DNA from: Blepharisma stoltei ATCC 30299 | Taxonomy: Eukaryota; Protista; Ciliophora | Length of the DNA: 64,000 bases | NCBI GenBank assembly: GCA_965603825.1 | Contig: CBFDEM010000062.1 | Location: 372,001-436,000 of the forward strand | Reading direction: 5' to 3' | In this document: piece after piece, positions 30,301 to 42,492 of the stretch | Layout of the letters: each line of letters begins with the position of its first letter | How positions within the stretch are numbered: the first letter of the stretch is position 1 | Position numbers and translations under genes: made by a program | Notes under the pieces: generated by a model | The model's input: only the letters and a program-made list of their open reading frames with translations | What the model was told of the DNA's origin: nothing | Databases searched by the model: none

Positions 30301-33300
30301 TAGACGTAGATGGCTCCTTAAATTGCATTCAATGCAGCTCCAACTGCCAGACTTGCTCACAGTCAATTTCTAATTGCAGTTCCTGTCCCACATCATTACC
30401 TTATTTGAAAAATGGTGTATGTGTATCTTCATGCCCAAGTAGTTATCTTACGACCTCATCAAAGGAGTGCTTACAGTGTAACTCTAACTGCAAAACCTGT
30501 GGACCTGATATAAATACTTGCAAAACTTGCAGCTCTGGAATGTATTTATATAAGGGTACATGCATTAATTCTTGCTCAGCTGGAGTCATGATTACTGTTG
30601 GAAATGCATGCCAAGACTGCAGCACAAACTGCAAGGAATGCATTGAAAACATAAACAAGTGCACTTCATGCAATGAAGGTATGTTTTTATACCAAGATAA
30701 ATGCATTAGTAAATGTCCTCAAAATACAACTATTATTGTAGGTTCAAGCTGTGTGGATTGTGATAACTCATGCAACACTTGCTCTATAGCAACAACGAAC
30801 TGCACATCATGCTTTGATGGATTCTTTTTATATGAAAACCAATGCTTGAGTGCTTGCCCAAGTGGCTTCGGAAGAATTGAGGACTCATGTCAAAAGTGTT
30901 CTGATAATTGTAAGGAGTGCTCAAAAACAGTAGATTCATGTATATCGTGCCCTGAAAACGAGTATCTTTATCAAGGAACTTGTGTAAATTCATGCCCTCA
31001 AAATACAGCTATTCCTGTCAAAAACGAGTGTGTAGAGTGCATTACATCATGCAAAACTTGTAGCGGGAGTCCTGATTCATGTGTGGAGTGCTCATCAGGA
31101 TATTATTTTTACCAGAATCAGTGCATTAGTGCTTGCCCACAAGGGACGATCGGAATTAGTGGGAGCTGTGAAAGCTGCGATTCGAATTGCTACTCATGTG
31201 AGAACTCCAAAACAAAGTGCACTGGCTGCAGTGACTCAAAAATTCTTTATAAAAGCAGCTGCTATGATTCTTGCCCCTCATCAACAATCAAGATTGGCAA
31301 TGAGTGCCTTGAGTGCGACTCTTCATGCCTCACATGCATTAGCTCAACAAAAACTTGTGTTACTTGTGCAAACGATCTTATTCTTTATGAAGGATCTTGC
31401 TATGACATCTGTCCTTCAGGCTACCAGCTATACAATAGTTCTTGTATTGCTATCGGTCTTCTCCCTGATGAGTGTTCATCTGGTTGTGGATCTGCTGAGC
31501 TTAAAAATACTGTTTGTGATCCCGCATGCAACGTCAAGGCTTGCAATTATGATGACGAACTTTGCTTACCAGCACAGAATAATACAGATTCTAATAATAC
31601 TGATCACGATTCCTCAGAAAAATTATCAATAGGCGAGGTACCTTTTCCTGCAACAATAGTAGGGGTTTCTTCTATTGTATTTGCTGGTGTAGCTAAATTA
31701 ACAGTTGGAACTTTAATAATGCCGACAACTGTTGGGGTATGGGGAATATTAGAGACTTTCTCTTGGGGTGCTATTGGAATTTCACTCATAGAAGTTCAAG
31801 ACGTCAAAACTAGAAGGAGGCTAATGGATATCTCTGATTTTGATGCCAATGATATATTTTTTACTTTAGTAATTGTGTTTTCACTGCACATCTGCTTCAA
31901 TATTTTGTTTATAGCACTTTATCACGGTTACTTTACAAAAATTGATAAGGAGCATAAAATGTGAATCAAAAACCATAAATGAACTACTACCTCAATTACT
32001 GTTCTCTCTGTATTTTCATTTAAGTTCATGAGGCTGCTTTATTCCTGCTCGCCATATAAGATCAAATTTGGGAGATCTTCTACAATCTATTTACCTCTTA
32101 TCATCTTCACGTTTAGCAGTGCAATTTTGACTACAATCCCGATGCTGATCATTCTTGTATACATTCTTTATAAGTACCCAATTGATAATTCAATTTACTC
32201 CCAAACTTTGGATAGCTTAATAATCTCCTTGCTCGTGGCAGTTTTGTCGCTTATTGAATCTGTTCTGATATCTTATAGAATAGGAAAAGAGACACTCCCA
32301 CATAGAGCCCTCATATCTATTTCTCCTGAGCATACATATGATTCTATGCCAATGTCAGCAGACATTGCCACATCACGGTCAGGCAAAAAATTGCTAAATT
32401 TAAGTGAGGCAAATAATACCATAAATTCTGAATTACCCAGTGAATTTAAAGACACAAACACCAATTTTGAGTCAGAAATGGGCGAAACTCAATCACAAAT
32501 AGAGACTAATCGAGCAATGTTCGAAAAAAATGAAATGAGTCAGTCAGATATTTCCGCTCTCGATGAGTTTCAAATTCAACCTAAAGATACAAAAATTTTC
32601 ACTATGATAGAGCATGACCTCGAATTAGATTTGGATACTGCAGTTGTAGATAAGAACGACCCAGAGTGCATTTCAGTGTTTTATAAGCCTGGGAATAAAA
32701 GAGTTGTTGTGAAGCAGCTTTTTCAAAATAATACGAGCATTGACTTAAAGAATTATACATTTATGAGATGTGGTGCTGAAGCTGCTTATTTTATGGATAA
32801 AATAAGCCATGAAGAAATTGAGGTTCGCAGAAATTATAAAGGAGGCAAAATAGTTGACATAGAAGAAGACAAGAAAGTGTATTTAATTGGAAGGAATGTA
32901 ATAAATGAAGAACAGTTTGACTTTAATAATGGAATTGTGGATGAGAATGATTTTGAATGCGTTTTAGTAACTCATCTACCAACTGGGATTACAGTAAAAA
33001 TTAAAAAGCCCTTTAGTGGGTTTCCAATACTGGATGCTAGGACTAATCTGCCTACGAAGAGCATTGTCAATAGCTACGATCCATCAACAATTAACGTGAA
33101 TAAATCAAACATTCATTTCGCTACTCTTACTATAGATGGAAAAACTGTTAAAGTTCGAAGAAATTTCAAAGATGCAAAGATCGTGGACATTTATGAAAAT
33201 ACTGCAGATATTGAGCTAGATGCAGACTCTACATTCTCAGGTTTTGAAAAAAATGAAGATCCGCTAATAGCTCTATCTGAGTCAGAAATCCCAAGTCCGA

Positions 33301-33830
33301 GGTTCTCCTCAGAAAATTCGACACCTTTTACTCTTGATATGAGCTTCAAAGGTGGAGACCAAGAATTTTCTGATGTCTCATTCAGCAGGCCATCTGTGGA
33401 TTTTGAGTACTCTGATTCTGACACTGAAATCCCTAAAACTCCTCGAGCATTTACTCCTGAAGAAAACAAAGAAGCGGTAGAGCCTTGGTTTATGCAGAAA
33501 ATTTTCACAAGGGATTCAAAAGCCAAAGATGCGAGAGATTTGGTGGCAGAAGATATTGCAGAAAATGATGGCAATGCTGCTATACAAGTAACCCCAGCAG
33601 TTAAAAGCAGAAAGAAAAAGGTAAAAGAAACTTTATCCTTAAAAGAGCTAGAGGATATTAAAGCAAGAAGAATGAATCCAAAGAAGCTTCCACCGATTAA
33701 AACGGTGGAGAAGTTCAGAGGCCCGTTTCTTAACCAAATAGATGAAGAAGATGCTACTTTTGGAGTCATCCATATTGATGAAAATGCTGCGGACAAGGAT
33801 TTCGATTTCTTAAGAATCGTGCCAAGATAA
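27335..33830 (+). CDS. Giant (~2,159 aa) receptor-like surface protein: signal peptide, Ser/Thr-rich ~130-aa repeats, furin-like Cys repeats, LNR module, multi-pass TM region, cytoplasmic repeats
   Basis: Four ORFs joined in frame by five TGA=Trp codons and one 16-nt intron (27993-28008); frames checked by hand. Confidence 0.85.
27993..28008 (+). other. 16-nt intron
   Basis: gtatagaattatttag; removal exactly restores the frame between the 27335 and 28134 ORFs. Confidence 0.88.
30180..31450 (+). repeat. Furin-like Cys-rich repeats (CxxCxxxCxxCxxxxxxCxxC...C...C)
   Basis: About 9 tandem ~46-aa Cys repeats in the translation. Confidence 0.85.
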
Positions 33831-33909
33831 TTGATAATATTTTGCTAATTATAATGTTAATAAATAAATATTTGGATCCCCCTGGCATTAAAAAATTAAA
33901 TATTAATTA

Positions 33910-34536
33910 ATGTACACACAATCTGATATTATTGATATAAGTTTACTGACAAGTATTTCCCATGCAAACACCATCACGGAGCTGCCTGAATCACAAATAA
34001 AGAATCTGATCTCATCCAATTCTACCCCTTTTTTGCTTGGCTTACCTGCAATTATATCCTACCTTCGATTAAAATTAAATGACGAAGAAATCATGGCTAA
34101 GCTAAAGATTTCAGAAGAAGTCCTAGATAACTTAACTGTCCAGATCGTCCCTAGAAAGATATCGAAAGTAGTAACCCAGTATGAAGCGCCATGCAAAATC
34201 TGCGGTTCAGGAAGAGTTTATATTAATATAAAAGAGCATCTTAGAACCGCTCACTTTTATGATAAACAGCAAAAGAAAGAATACATTGAAGCAAATGGAA
34301 TAAAGAATCATTTGCACGAAGAAAAGCAGAAGCAAACCCCAAAAACTGCTTCATATCCTAAAACAGAAGGGAATTATATTCAGTGCTATGTCTGCTTACG
34401 AGACATTAACAAGCGACATTGGCATGACCACGCCATCTGCCATTTAGGAGGTTACATGATTTTTTGTGATCGCTGCAATCGGTACATGAATAGAGACAAG
34501 TACAAGCGGCACATGAAAATGCGGCATTGTATTTAA
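33910..34536 (+). CDS. C2H2 zinc-finger protein
   Basis: CKIC...EHLRTAH, CYVC...DHAICH, CDRC...RHMKMRH. Confidence 0.8.
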   Translation: MYTQSDIIDISLLTSISHANTITELPESQIKNLISSNSTPFLLGLPAIISYLRLKLNDEEIMAKLKISEEVLDNLTVQIVPRKISKVVTQYEAPCKICGSGRVYINIKEHLRTAHFYDKQQKKEYIEANGIKNHLHEEKQKQTPKTASYPKTEGNYIQCYVCLRDINKRHWHDHAICHLGGYMIFCDRCNRYMNRDKYKRHMKMRHCI

Positions 34537-34545
34537 TTTTTTTAA

Positions 34546-35493
34546 TTAATAGTCCATGATTCTTCTTTTCGGAGGCGTTCTGCGGTGGCTTTCTTTAATT
34601 GTGTTTGATCTTGTAAAAAGCCCCTGTCTAGCTTCAAAAAGCTTCAGCTGCTTGATGAAGCCTTGATTGGGTTCGACAATATATCGCTGGCTTTTCAAAT
34701 ATTCTACACACTGTTCAAAAGGAATATCATACTCTTTCATTAAAAACATCGTTACAATGGTGGCACTTCTAGAAATTCCTTGAGCGCAATGAACGAGGAC
34801 TGCTGCGCTGCCTCCGGAGAGCATGATTTCTTTGGCTTCGTCTATGAATTTAAAGGCTTTTTGGAAGTGATAGTGGATTTTTTCTTCTTCGCTATCTTCT
34901 ACAAAGACTCTGCAGTACCTTATCCCGTGCTCTTTGAAAGCATTTTTTACATTTTTTGTGGAGTTTAGGACATGTGTGATACCCAAAGTCCTTAAAACAT
35001 CGTAATTTTCTGCATGTTCGTGGTTTCCTAAGTATAAAAACTTTGGAATGATCTCATTAGGGAAGCCACAAGGAATGCAAGGATAATGTGGAACAGAAAA
35101 TCCCTCTGCTAGAAAAGGGTATCTAATTAAGAATTCTTCATATTCATTGTCAAATAGATGAACTTCTCTGCATTTTTGTGCTTTCAACAGATTTTCGAGA
35201 TTTCGTGCTACTAATGCACCTTCGACATCACTTCCGATGATTATACAATACCTCCTTATTTTTGTTAAAGAGCTTTCTTGAGGGTATAATGAACAAATGT
35301 CTTTCAAGGTAAAATTTGAAGAGAAAGGAGGCTGTACAGGAATATGCAGGCTTTCTTTTAAATGTTTAGCATCAAATTTTTCTCTCTGACGTATTTCAAA
35401 GACTATTAATGATTTTCTGAAATTTTGCGTTAAGTTAAATAGATACTCTTGTCTAAGATTTCTCAAATTTTCTATTACTTCTAAACTCTGCAT
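34546..35493 (-). CDS. Dual-specificity (MAPK-type) phosphatase with rhodanese-like domain
   Basis: PNEIIPKFLYLGN, VHCAQGISRSAT, EPNQGFIKQL. Confidence 0.92.
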   Translation of the reverse strand: MQSLEVIENLRNLRQEYLFNLTQNFRKSLIVFEIRQREKFDAKHLKESLHIPVQPPFSSNFTLKDICSLYPQESSLTKIRRYCIIIGSDVEGALVARNLENLLKAQKCREVHLFDNEYEEFLIRYPFLAEGFSVPHYPCIPCGFPNEIIPKFLYLGNHEHAENYDVLRTLGITHVLNSTKNVKNAFKEHGIRYCRVFVEDSEEEKIHYHFQKAFKFIDEAKEIMLSGGSAAVLVHCAQGISRSATIVTMFLMKEYDIPFEQCVEYLKSQRYIVEPNQGFIKQLKLFEARQGLFTRSNTIKESHRRTPPKRRIMDY

Positions 35494-35881
35494 TTCGAGA
35501 TCTTAATATTTTATTTTTTTGTCAAGTTATTAATTTTTATTCAAATTTGGTAGAGAATCACTAAGCTAGACATTTGAAGCTTTTATATAAGCTTTCTGCA
35601 TCTAAATCCTCAATCCTTTATCGAAATTCTCTCAAAGATTCCATGAAAATCGGAAATTAATTAAAGATTCTCTTATAGTCAAATATGAAATCCCATTCCT
35701 AACCTATCTCAAATCTAATTATAATAACGAATATAGAGATATTAAAGGATAAACAAATATCAACAATTTTAATGCGATGCTTAGCTTATTTCATTATTTG
35801 TATTGCATGCTCTATGTCTTATCGTTAGTGCATAAAACACAGTGTGGAAAAACATTTTAAAATAAAATTCTAAGTAACAAA

Positions 35882-36508
35882 ATGGAAAAAGGAAGACGAA
35901 TTAAAGTAGCTATGTGAGATTTCGGACATTGCGACCCCAAGCGATGCACAGGAAGAAAACTAGCTCGAGAAGGGAAAATTAGATTAATAAAACCTTACAA
36001 AAAATTCAGTGGCGTAATTCTGAGTCCTCTGGCAACTAAAACAATTTCATGTGAAGATACAAACATAATTCTTGAGCATGGAATATGTGTGATTGACTGC
36101 TCATGAGCTCGATTGGAAGAAATCAATTTTGGAAAGCTACACAACGGTAATGAAAGAATTTTGCCTTTATTAATTGCTGCAAATTCAGTGAATTATGGAA
36201 AGCCTATGAAATTGACCTGCGTGGAAGCGATAGCAGCTTCACTCATAATTTGTGGATTGCAAGAGGCTGCGAACCCTTTACTCGAGTCATTTGGGTGGGG
36301 TCCTGAATTTATAAGAATTAATCAAGATTTATTGGAAGGCTACTTAAATGCAGAAAACGAGCAAGAGGTTATTGATGCACAAGCACAGTTTCAAGAAACT
36401 GGAAATATGCAGCAGCAAAATGTACCGACATTCCCCCCTGCTGACTCTTCTGAGGAAGAAGAAGAAGAAGAGGAAAACAATGAAGAGGAACCAGAGCAAG
36501 ACCAATAA
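35882..36508 (+). CDS. TSR3: 18S rRNA aminocarboxypropyltransferase TSR3
   Basis: AM[TGA 35915=W]DFGHCDPKRCTGRKL, VIDCS[TGA=W], RILPLLIAANSVNYGKPMKLTCVEA. Confidence 0.95.
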
Positions 36509-36561
36509 AGATATTACTAGCCAGCACAAAGCCGCATATAATTAAATATAACCACGATTAC

Positions 36562-39500
36562 TTATCTTTCTCTTGTCTTCCTCAACTTTCTTCTTCCGCC
36601 ATCTTCTTTTTTAGGAACTTCCACTTCTGTGTCTTCACGCTCCACAATCTCTCTGGGCATGCACCATTCTACGTTCCAAGGATACTCATAGCCCACAACA
36701 TGGCTGCTGGCCTTAGGCAGTTGTATAGAAATTTCTCTAAATGGTAACTCTTTCGAGCTATATTTATTAATAATCATTTTAAGTTTGTCAGTTATATAGT
36801 TTCCGTTTCTCGTTATTTTAGCTCTTTCTCCATTAATTTTGACTGAATTATTAATCATCAAATCAATATCTTCAAGGATAGCATTTTGGGTCCTGTAGTA
36901 CCTATTTATGATCCTATCATGAATCAGTCTTATATAAGAGGGCACCATAACTTCGTTATAGTAATTTTTTATTTCAGTCGAGCTTATTTTTTGATTAAAA
37001 TAATTAGCTCTTGAGTCACTCATCAAGCTTCTTATTCGTTCTGAACACTCCAGAATGCTTTCTTCAGAAGAAATTGGGCAAATTAAGGAAATATCATAGC
37101 TTTGGGATAGTTCAATTTCCCAAAAGCTGAGCCTTGGAGAATTTTTGCTGTTCCTTCGAGATCGTTGGTTTACTGGCTGCACATCATCGAGATATTCGAC
37201 AACAATTGCTTCCCATGGAGAGTCTCGAAAGGCTTCTTCTTTGCATGATATTTCTTTAATGATTGCTCGATAAAGTCCTCCATCAATTTTTGCATATACA
37301 ACGTTTCCTGGCTTCAGCTTGGGGTATACATGCCGAAGTTTTTTGTCAAAAATATCTTTCAGGACAATATATTCTGGTAAAAAATCATCTAACATATACA
37401 AGGCTTTGTGCAGCTTATCTTCCTTATAGACTTTAAATGTAAGCTTCATAATAATGTGAGAAGTAGTGGAGTCAAGGTTTTGTTCGCCTGGCCAAATGTA
37501 CTCAATAGCTTCTATTTCCATATAGGTTGGCTGGATATATGATAATAGCTCGCTATCTAAAAGAGGATAATTTTGATGGTGCTTTAAAAATGATTCGTAT
37601 CCTTGTAAGAAAAACACTACTTGGTCGCCAACTTGAGGAATATATCTTGAGGCATCACTATCCTCAAGCTCCAGGTAATCTCTACTTATCATTTTTCGTC
37701 TTGCATGAGGAACTTCATTAATGCTCCCAATTGCTTTTTTGAAACACAAAATGCATACATTTTTTTCTACTTGCGACTCAATGGCTTTAAGGCAGGAAGG
37801 ATGATAAATTTGATTGCACTCATAGCATCACATTGTTTGGACGTCAAGGATTCCTTTGCATCTTGCACAGTATGGATCTGTTTCGACGACAAGGACATTG
37901 TCATGCTCTGGAGCTATTATTTCTTCATCATTAGGCTCAGATTCTAAAGATGAGATGCTTGATTCAGCTTCTTCTTCAGATTCGTCTAGGTGGTTGGCAT
38001 CCATAAAGAGTGGATGAAATTCATCTCTTTCTTGCAAAAATTCAATCTTTTTCTCTTCTTGAAGACCGTACTCATATCTCTGCTGGTAAGGGCTTGGCTG
38101 ATTTTGAGAAATTCCTCTTGATAAATAATAAATCGGAACAGGAGGCTGATATGGATGTGGATGCATAAACTTGTCCGCGAGTACACATCTCATTGCATTA
38201 TCTAATGAATAATCTGAAGTAAAAAACTGCTGGATTGGAGATGCTATATACTCATCTCGACCCCCAACTCCATAAATCGAAAAAGTTCCAATTTGGCTTG
38301 AAACCACAAATCCAGTTCCATCTTCGAACCAATTGCAATCAACCAATGGAAGATCTAAAATCGGAGCCAAAATAAAATTGCCTGATTCTTTAAATGATTT
38401 TACAGCGATTCGGCGAAACAGATCTCATATGATTATCAATCCATCAAAGTCAGCTGAAAGCATTATATTATCTTGAGTTGGGTGTTTTCTGAGAGATAGG
38501 ATCTTGTTTTTATGCTTACATTTTTCATCGCCCAAGGCACAAACAACTTTCATCTCTTTTTTGCTCCACAGTTTTAAGCTAAACTGAGGAGGGGTACTTG
38601 CTCCTTTTCTGCCAACTACAAATGTATTTTCTGCACAGATGAGTGCATAGTCTCCACTTAAATTCCAAGAAATTGAATAGCACTTGGTTTTCCCTTTATC
38701 TGACACCTCAGTGATTTTCATTAAAGAGGCTTCAATTGGATTTCGGTTATTTTCAATAAATTTCCTGTAAAGGCTTCTGTCAAATTTCCACAAAACTGCA
38801 TGGTGGCTGAGGCTTCCTGTGATTAAAAAGTTTCCACAAGGCGACCACTCTACAAAGTTGATATCTGATGACTTTTTTTCAGTTAGAACGCACATTAAAT
38901 GGTTTTTAGGGTCATATTCAGCCCTTGTCTCTAATGGCTTTAAGCTTCATATTTGTAATAATCCTTTTCTAGTCCCAATTGCAACAAAGTTCCCAGCAGG
39001 ATGAGGAGAAACACAAAGCATCTTATTAGAGTCATTTGAATAATATCAGACCATTCCAGAGTCTTCTGATCCATCAAAGATAGACTCGCTGTATACACAA
39101 GCTCTACCCGATTTACTACAAGAAATAAAAAATAAATCCCCTTCATATGACTTAAAAAACTCAAGCGACGATATCTCCCCAGCCGCGTCGTTATTTTGGG
39201 TGATTATATCACCAGTTTCCAGTTCCCACACAATCAAATCTCCTGATGTGCATCCACTTATGACATATCGATTGCAAGGAGTTATCAAAATATCTGCAAT
39301 TTCTCCTCTGTGGCCTTTCATTGTGTAAAGCAAAGTTCCATTATTAGCATCTCATACTTTGATTAGCTTATCGTCTGCGCCTGTAAGAACTTTATTGCCT
39401 TCATGATCAACCCTAACACACAGAACTGGGCAAAAATCACTGTCATATGTTTGCTTTATATGGCCAACAAAAGTCTTTTTCCATTCAAATTTGTGGAAAA

Positions 39501-39853
39501 AATTAGGAGGAAGGCCTGCATTTTGGCTAAGCTCTCGAGAATTTATTCATTCGTGCAAGTTTTTATTAAATGATGGCATAAAGGTTGGTGGGAGGGCTAG
39601 CGCTCTCTCAAAAATCTCTTTCGGGTTAAGCTGAGGATGAGCGATCAGCAGATCTTCATAGGTCCTCTTTGCAGGCTTGCCATTAAAAGTTGTCCTTTGA
39701 GGATATAAATTAAACTCTTCGCACTGAATAAAAATTTACTTTATTTTTTAATGATTTCATAACTTCAAGAAGTTGAGGAAAATTTGAGAGAAATTTTGTA
39801 ACGCAATATAGTAACAGTTTTGATGAATCAGAGTCCTTTTCGGTGTTTTTCAT
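36562..39853 (-). CDS. BRWD/PHIP-like WD40 + PHD finger + bromodomain chromatin protein (~1,091 aa); one 16-nt intron
   Basis: N-terminal LLYCVTKFL...RTYEDL...HPQ, LTGADDKLIKV[W]D, QQFFTSDY, YIPQVGDQVVFFLQGY, SPWE, SFWE, degenerate bromodomain RIINRYYR; joined by six TGA=Trp codons. Confidence 0.82.
39724..39739 (-). other. 16-nt intron
   Basis: gtaaatttttattcag; restores the frame from ATG 39853. Confidence 0.82.
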
Positions 39854-39955
39854 TTCTTGGATAAATATTAAAGTTTTAAAATGGGGGACTTACGGGGAAA
39901 TAATTATTTATTTTAAGGAATATTGAAATTAATATAAACTACCCAATTAAATAAA

Positions 39956-41326
39956 TTAATCCATCTCAATAGAGTTCTTCCAGAATATTGCTCCAAATGC
40001 CAGCTTACAAATTAAATTTATAATTGAGATTGCCACAGAAAATCTTTTAATTCCATCGCTTCCATCTCCTGAGCCACTCACCCAGTTCTAAGTAAAATTT
40101 ACACTCATATTAAGGTATAGTCAAATAAGATCATAAAGCTCTGATGCGAGTATTGCCAAAAATACTATCTTATATTTTGGACCAGCCCCTACTCCTGTAT
40201 AGAAATAATATAAAGCTATAGTTCCTATTGTTAGCTAAATTAGAATTACATTGAAGAAATCTGGTCTTATAAACATTGACAAAACTGATAATACCAGAAG
40301 TAAATTAGTTGACATATGAGTCGCAAAAGACCATTTAATGTTTCCTTCATATCAATTACCTAGTGTTTTCTCTTTAAATTCGTCCATTTTGGCTGAAAAT
40401 TTGATTTCTGCTTCTTTGAATTTTGGGTTAAGAAGCAGCCAGTCAGGCCCCATAGTAGCCCCAAGAGCACTATGGAGGTCGTTAAAATATTTTTCCATTT
40501 CAAGGAGCTCTGTTTTATCCTCGTTTATAGCATCTTCAAACTGTTTAATAATTCCATCAAGATAAAGTGGCAAATTATGAATCCATTGAAGGGCAAGTTG
40601 AATTGATCCAGAAATTCTGTCTCCTGGCTTTTTGCCCCTCAGTTCGAGAGTGTCTTCATGAAGCTGTTGGTCAAATAAAGCTGTGAAAGGAATTGATACT
40701 TCTCCTAAGAAAGTAGTTAACGACCCTCTTTCAGTATCAAATACTTCCACTGAAATATCTTCAGTGCCTTGAGTTACAAAGAAAGTAAAAGTTTCATTCC
40801 AAGATGGATTGGTTGGATTTGGGACTGGCTGAGTTGTTATTTCTTGATTTTCACAGGACACTTTGACTACTGGGGCTCTATTACCTGTTAGCCCGCCTGA
40901 TTTTAGTCCTTCTGCTTTTTTCACAGTAACACTCAATGCATTTTGGTTTTTTCCTTTATTTGCCTTTGCTTCTATCTGCTGGCGCTTTGTATCAGATAAC
41001 TTTTTGGTGTTTTCTATAATGCTATTTTTCAAAACGTCAATTCTTGATTTCACAATCGTTTCAGCTTGATAATAGCCTTGAACAAACTCATCAAGAGTCA
41101 TGAATGAATTTTGATCTTTATCTAATGATTTAAATATTTCTGCTAGAAGGACATCATTGAAAGTTTTTCCACCTTTCTTAGATAAATAAGCATGAAGTTC
41201 ATCAAAAGTCAACTGCTTGTCCTCGTTTATGTCAATTTCTCTGAATTGCTTCTTTAGCTTGCTGATCCTGTCCTCCATTGATGGGCTTGATCCACGTAAA
41301 TCAGCGTCCAAGCTAATTCCATTCAT
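39956..41326 (-). CDS. EF-hand pair + coiled coil + C2 domain + C-terminal 4-TM (AGTRAP-like) protein; two 15-nt introns
   Basis: DINEDKQLTFDE and DKDQNSFMTLDE EF hands; C2 NPSWNETFTF...FLGEVSIP; TM region recovered via TGA=Trp and two introns; ends ...NSIEMD-TAA. Confidence 0.8.
40088..40102 (-). other. 15-nt intron
   Basis: gtaaattttacttag; in-frame TAG. Confidence 0.85.
40235..40249 (-). other. 15-nt intron
   Basis: gtaattctaatttag; in-frame TAG. Confidence 0.85.
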
Positions 41327-41590
41327 ATTTATCTGTGATTGATCCGTTATAATAAGACTAATTAAGCATTAAAACAGATTTTGAGTAAACTAGATGTGAC
41401 TTCAAAAACTGTATAATCTTATAAAATATTTCTTTTGAGATCCCACACTTTTAATCTAATATCATATCAAGCAATTTATTAATAAATGAATTCTTATATA
41501 AAAAACTAAGCTTCTTTTAGATTTGCTTATTTGATTGTTAATTTATACAAATATATAGCTATTATAATTATAGAGAAGAGACCTAAATAA

Positions 41591-42451
41591 ATGGGAACCT
41601 GCCAAATAAAATTCCAAGAATTAAAAGATGCCCTGATAATTTGCCACTCAAGAGAAAAATTCGATAGCATGAAGAAAAATCCTGATTCCTTGTTAAAGAC
41701 AATTGTTATTGAATCAAAGCTGCTATCACCTGAAAAAGATCCAGAGTTCAAACACATCCAAACTTTTTTTGAACTTCACAGGAATAAAATCCATAATGAG
41801 GTTGCCCACTATTACCAAAAGATCATCAGCAATAATGAAAAAGAAATATCTGAGGTCAGTTTTAAATGTCACCCATTGAGAACAAAGCAAACCAAATATC
41901 TCAGTTTACTGCTTCCTTATTGTCTCCATATAGCTCATTTAAATCTATGAAATGTTGAGCTTGGAAATAATGGAACCAGGTATGTAACAAAGGTGCTCCA
42001 TAATGTACCAAGCTTAATCGAGCTCAGTCTCGAGGAAAATAATATTGATGAGGAAGGGATTGAATATTTAGCAAAAGGATTGGACACTTTGAAAGCTTTG
42101 AAAGTTATTTCTATCAGCAGGAATAAAATTGGGCTGAAAGGAGCTCTGGGGTTGGCATCTGCGTTTGGATCTTTGCGTAAGTTAGAGAGCGTATATTTAG
42201 ATAGCACTGAAATGACTTCTTATCAACTTCAGATAATCACTCAAGGACTCCTATGTCTAATTGACCTCAAAAAGTTGGGCCTGTCCTTCAACTTAATTGA
42301 CAACTCTGGTGTTACCGTGCTTAGAAAACTTTTTGACAATCTTAAAGCTCTTTTTGAAGCAAATTTAATAGGAAATGATATAAGCGAAATAGAAATAGAG
42401 CCTCTGCTGCAAGATTATATACATATAAACATAAGTGTATGAAGTAGATAG
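41591..42451 (+). CDS. RNI-like leucine-rich repeat protein, possible N-myristoylation
   Basis: LNL[TGA 41948=W]NVELGNNG, LSLEENNIDEEG, LGLSFNLIDNSG; ends at TAG 42451 if TGA 42440 is Trp. Confidence 0.82.
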
Positions 42452-42492
42452 ACTAAAATGTATTTAGTAGTTAAAATCACATAATTATGAAG

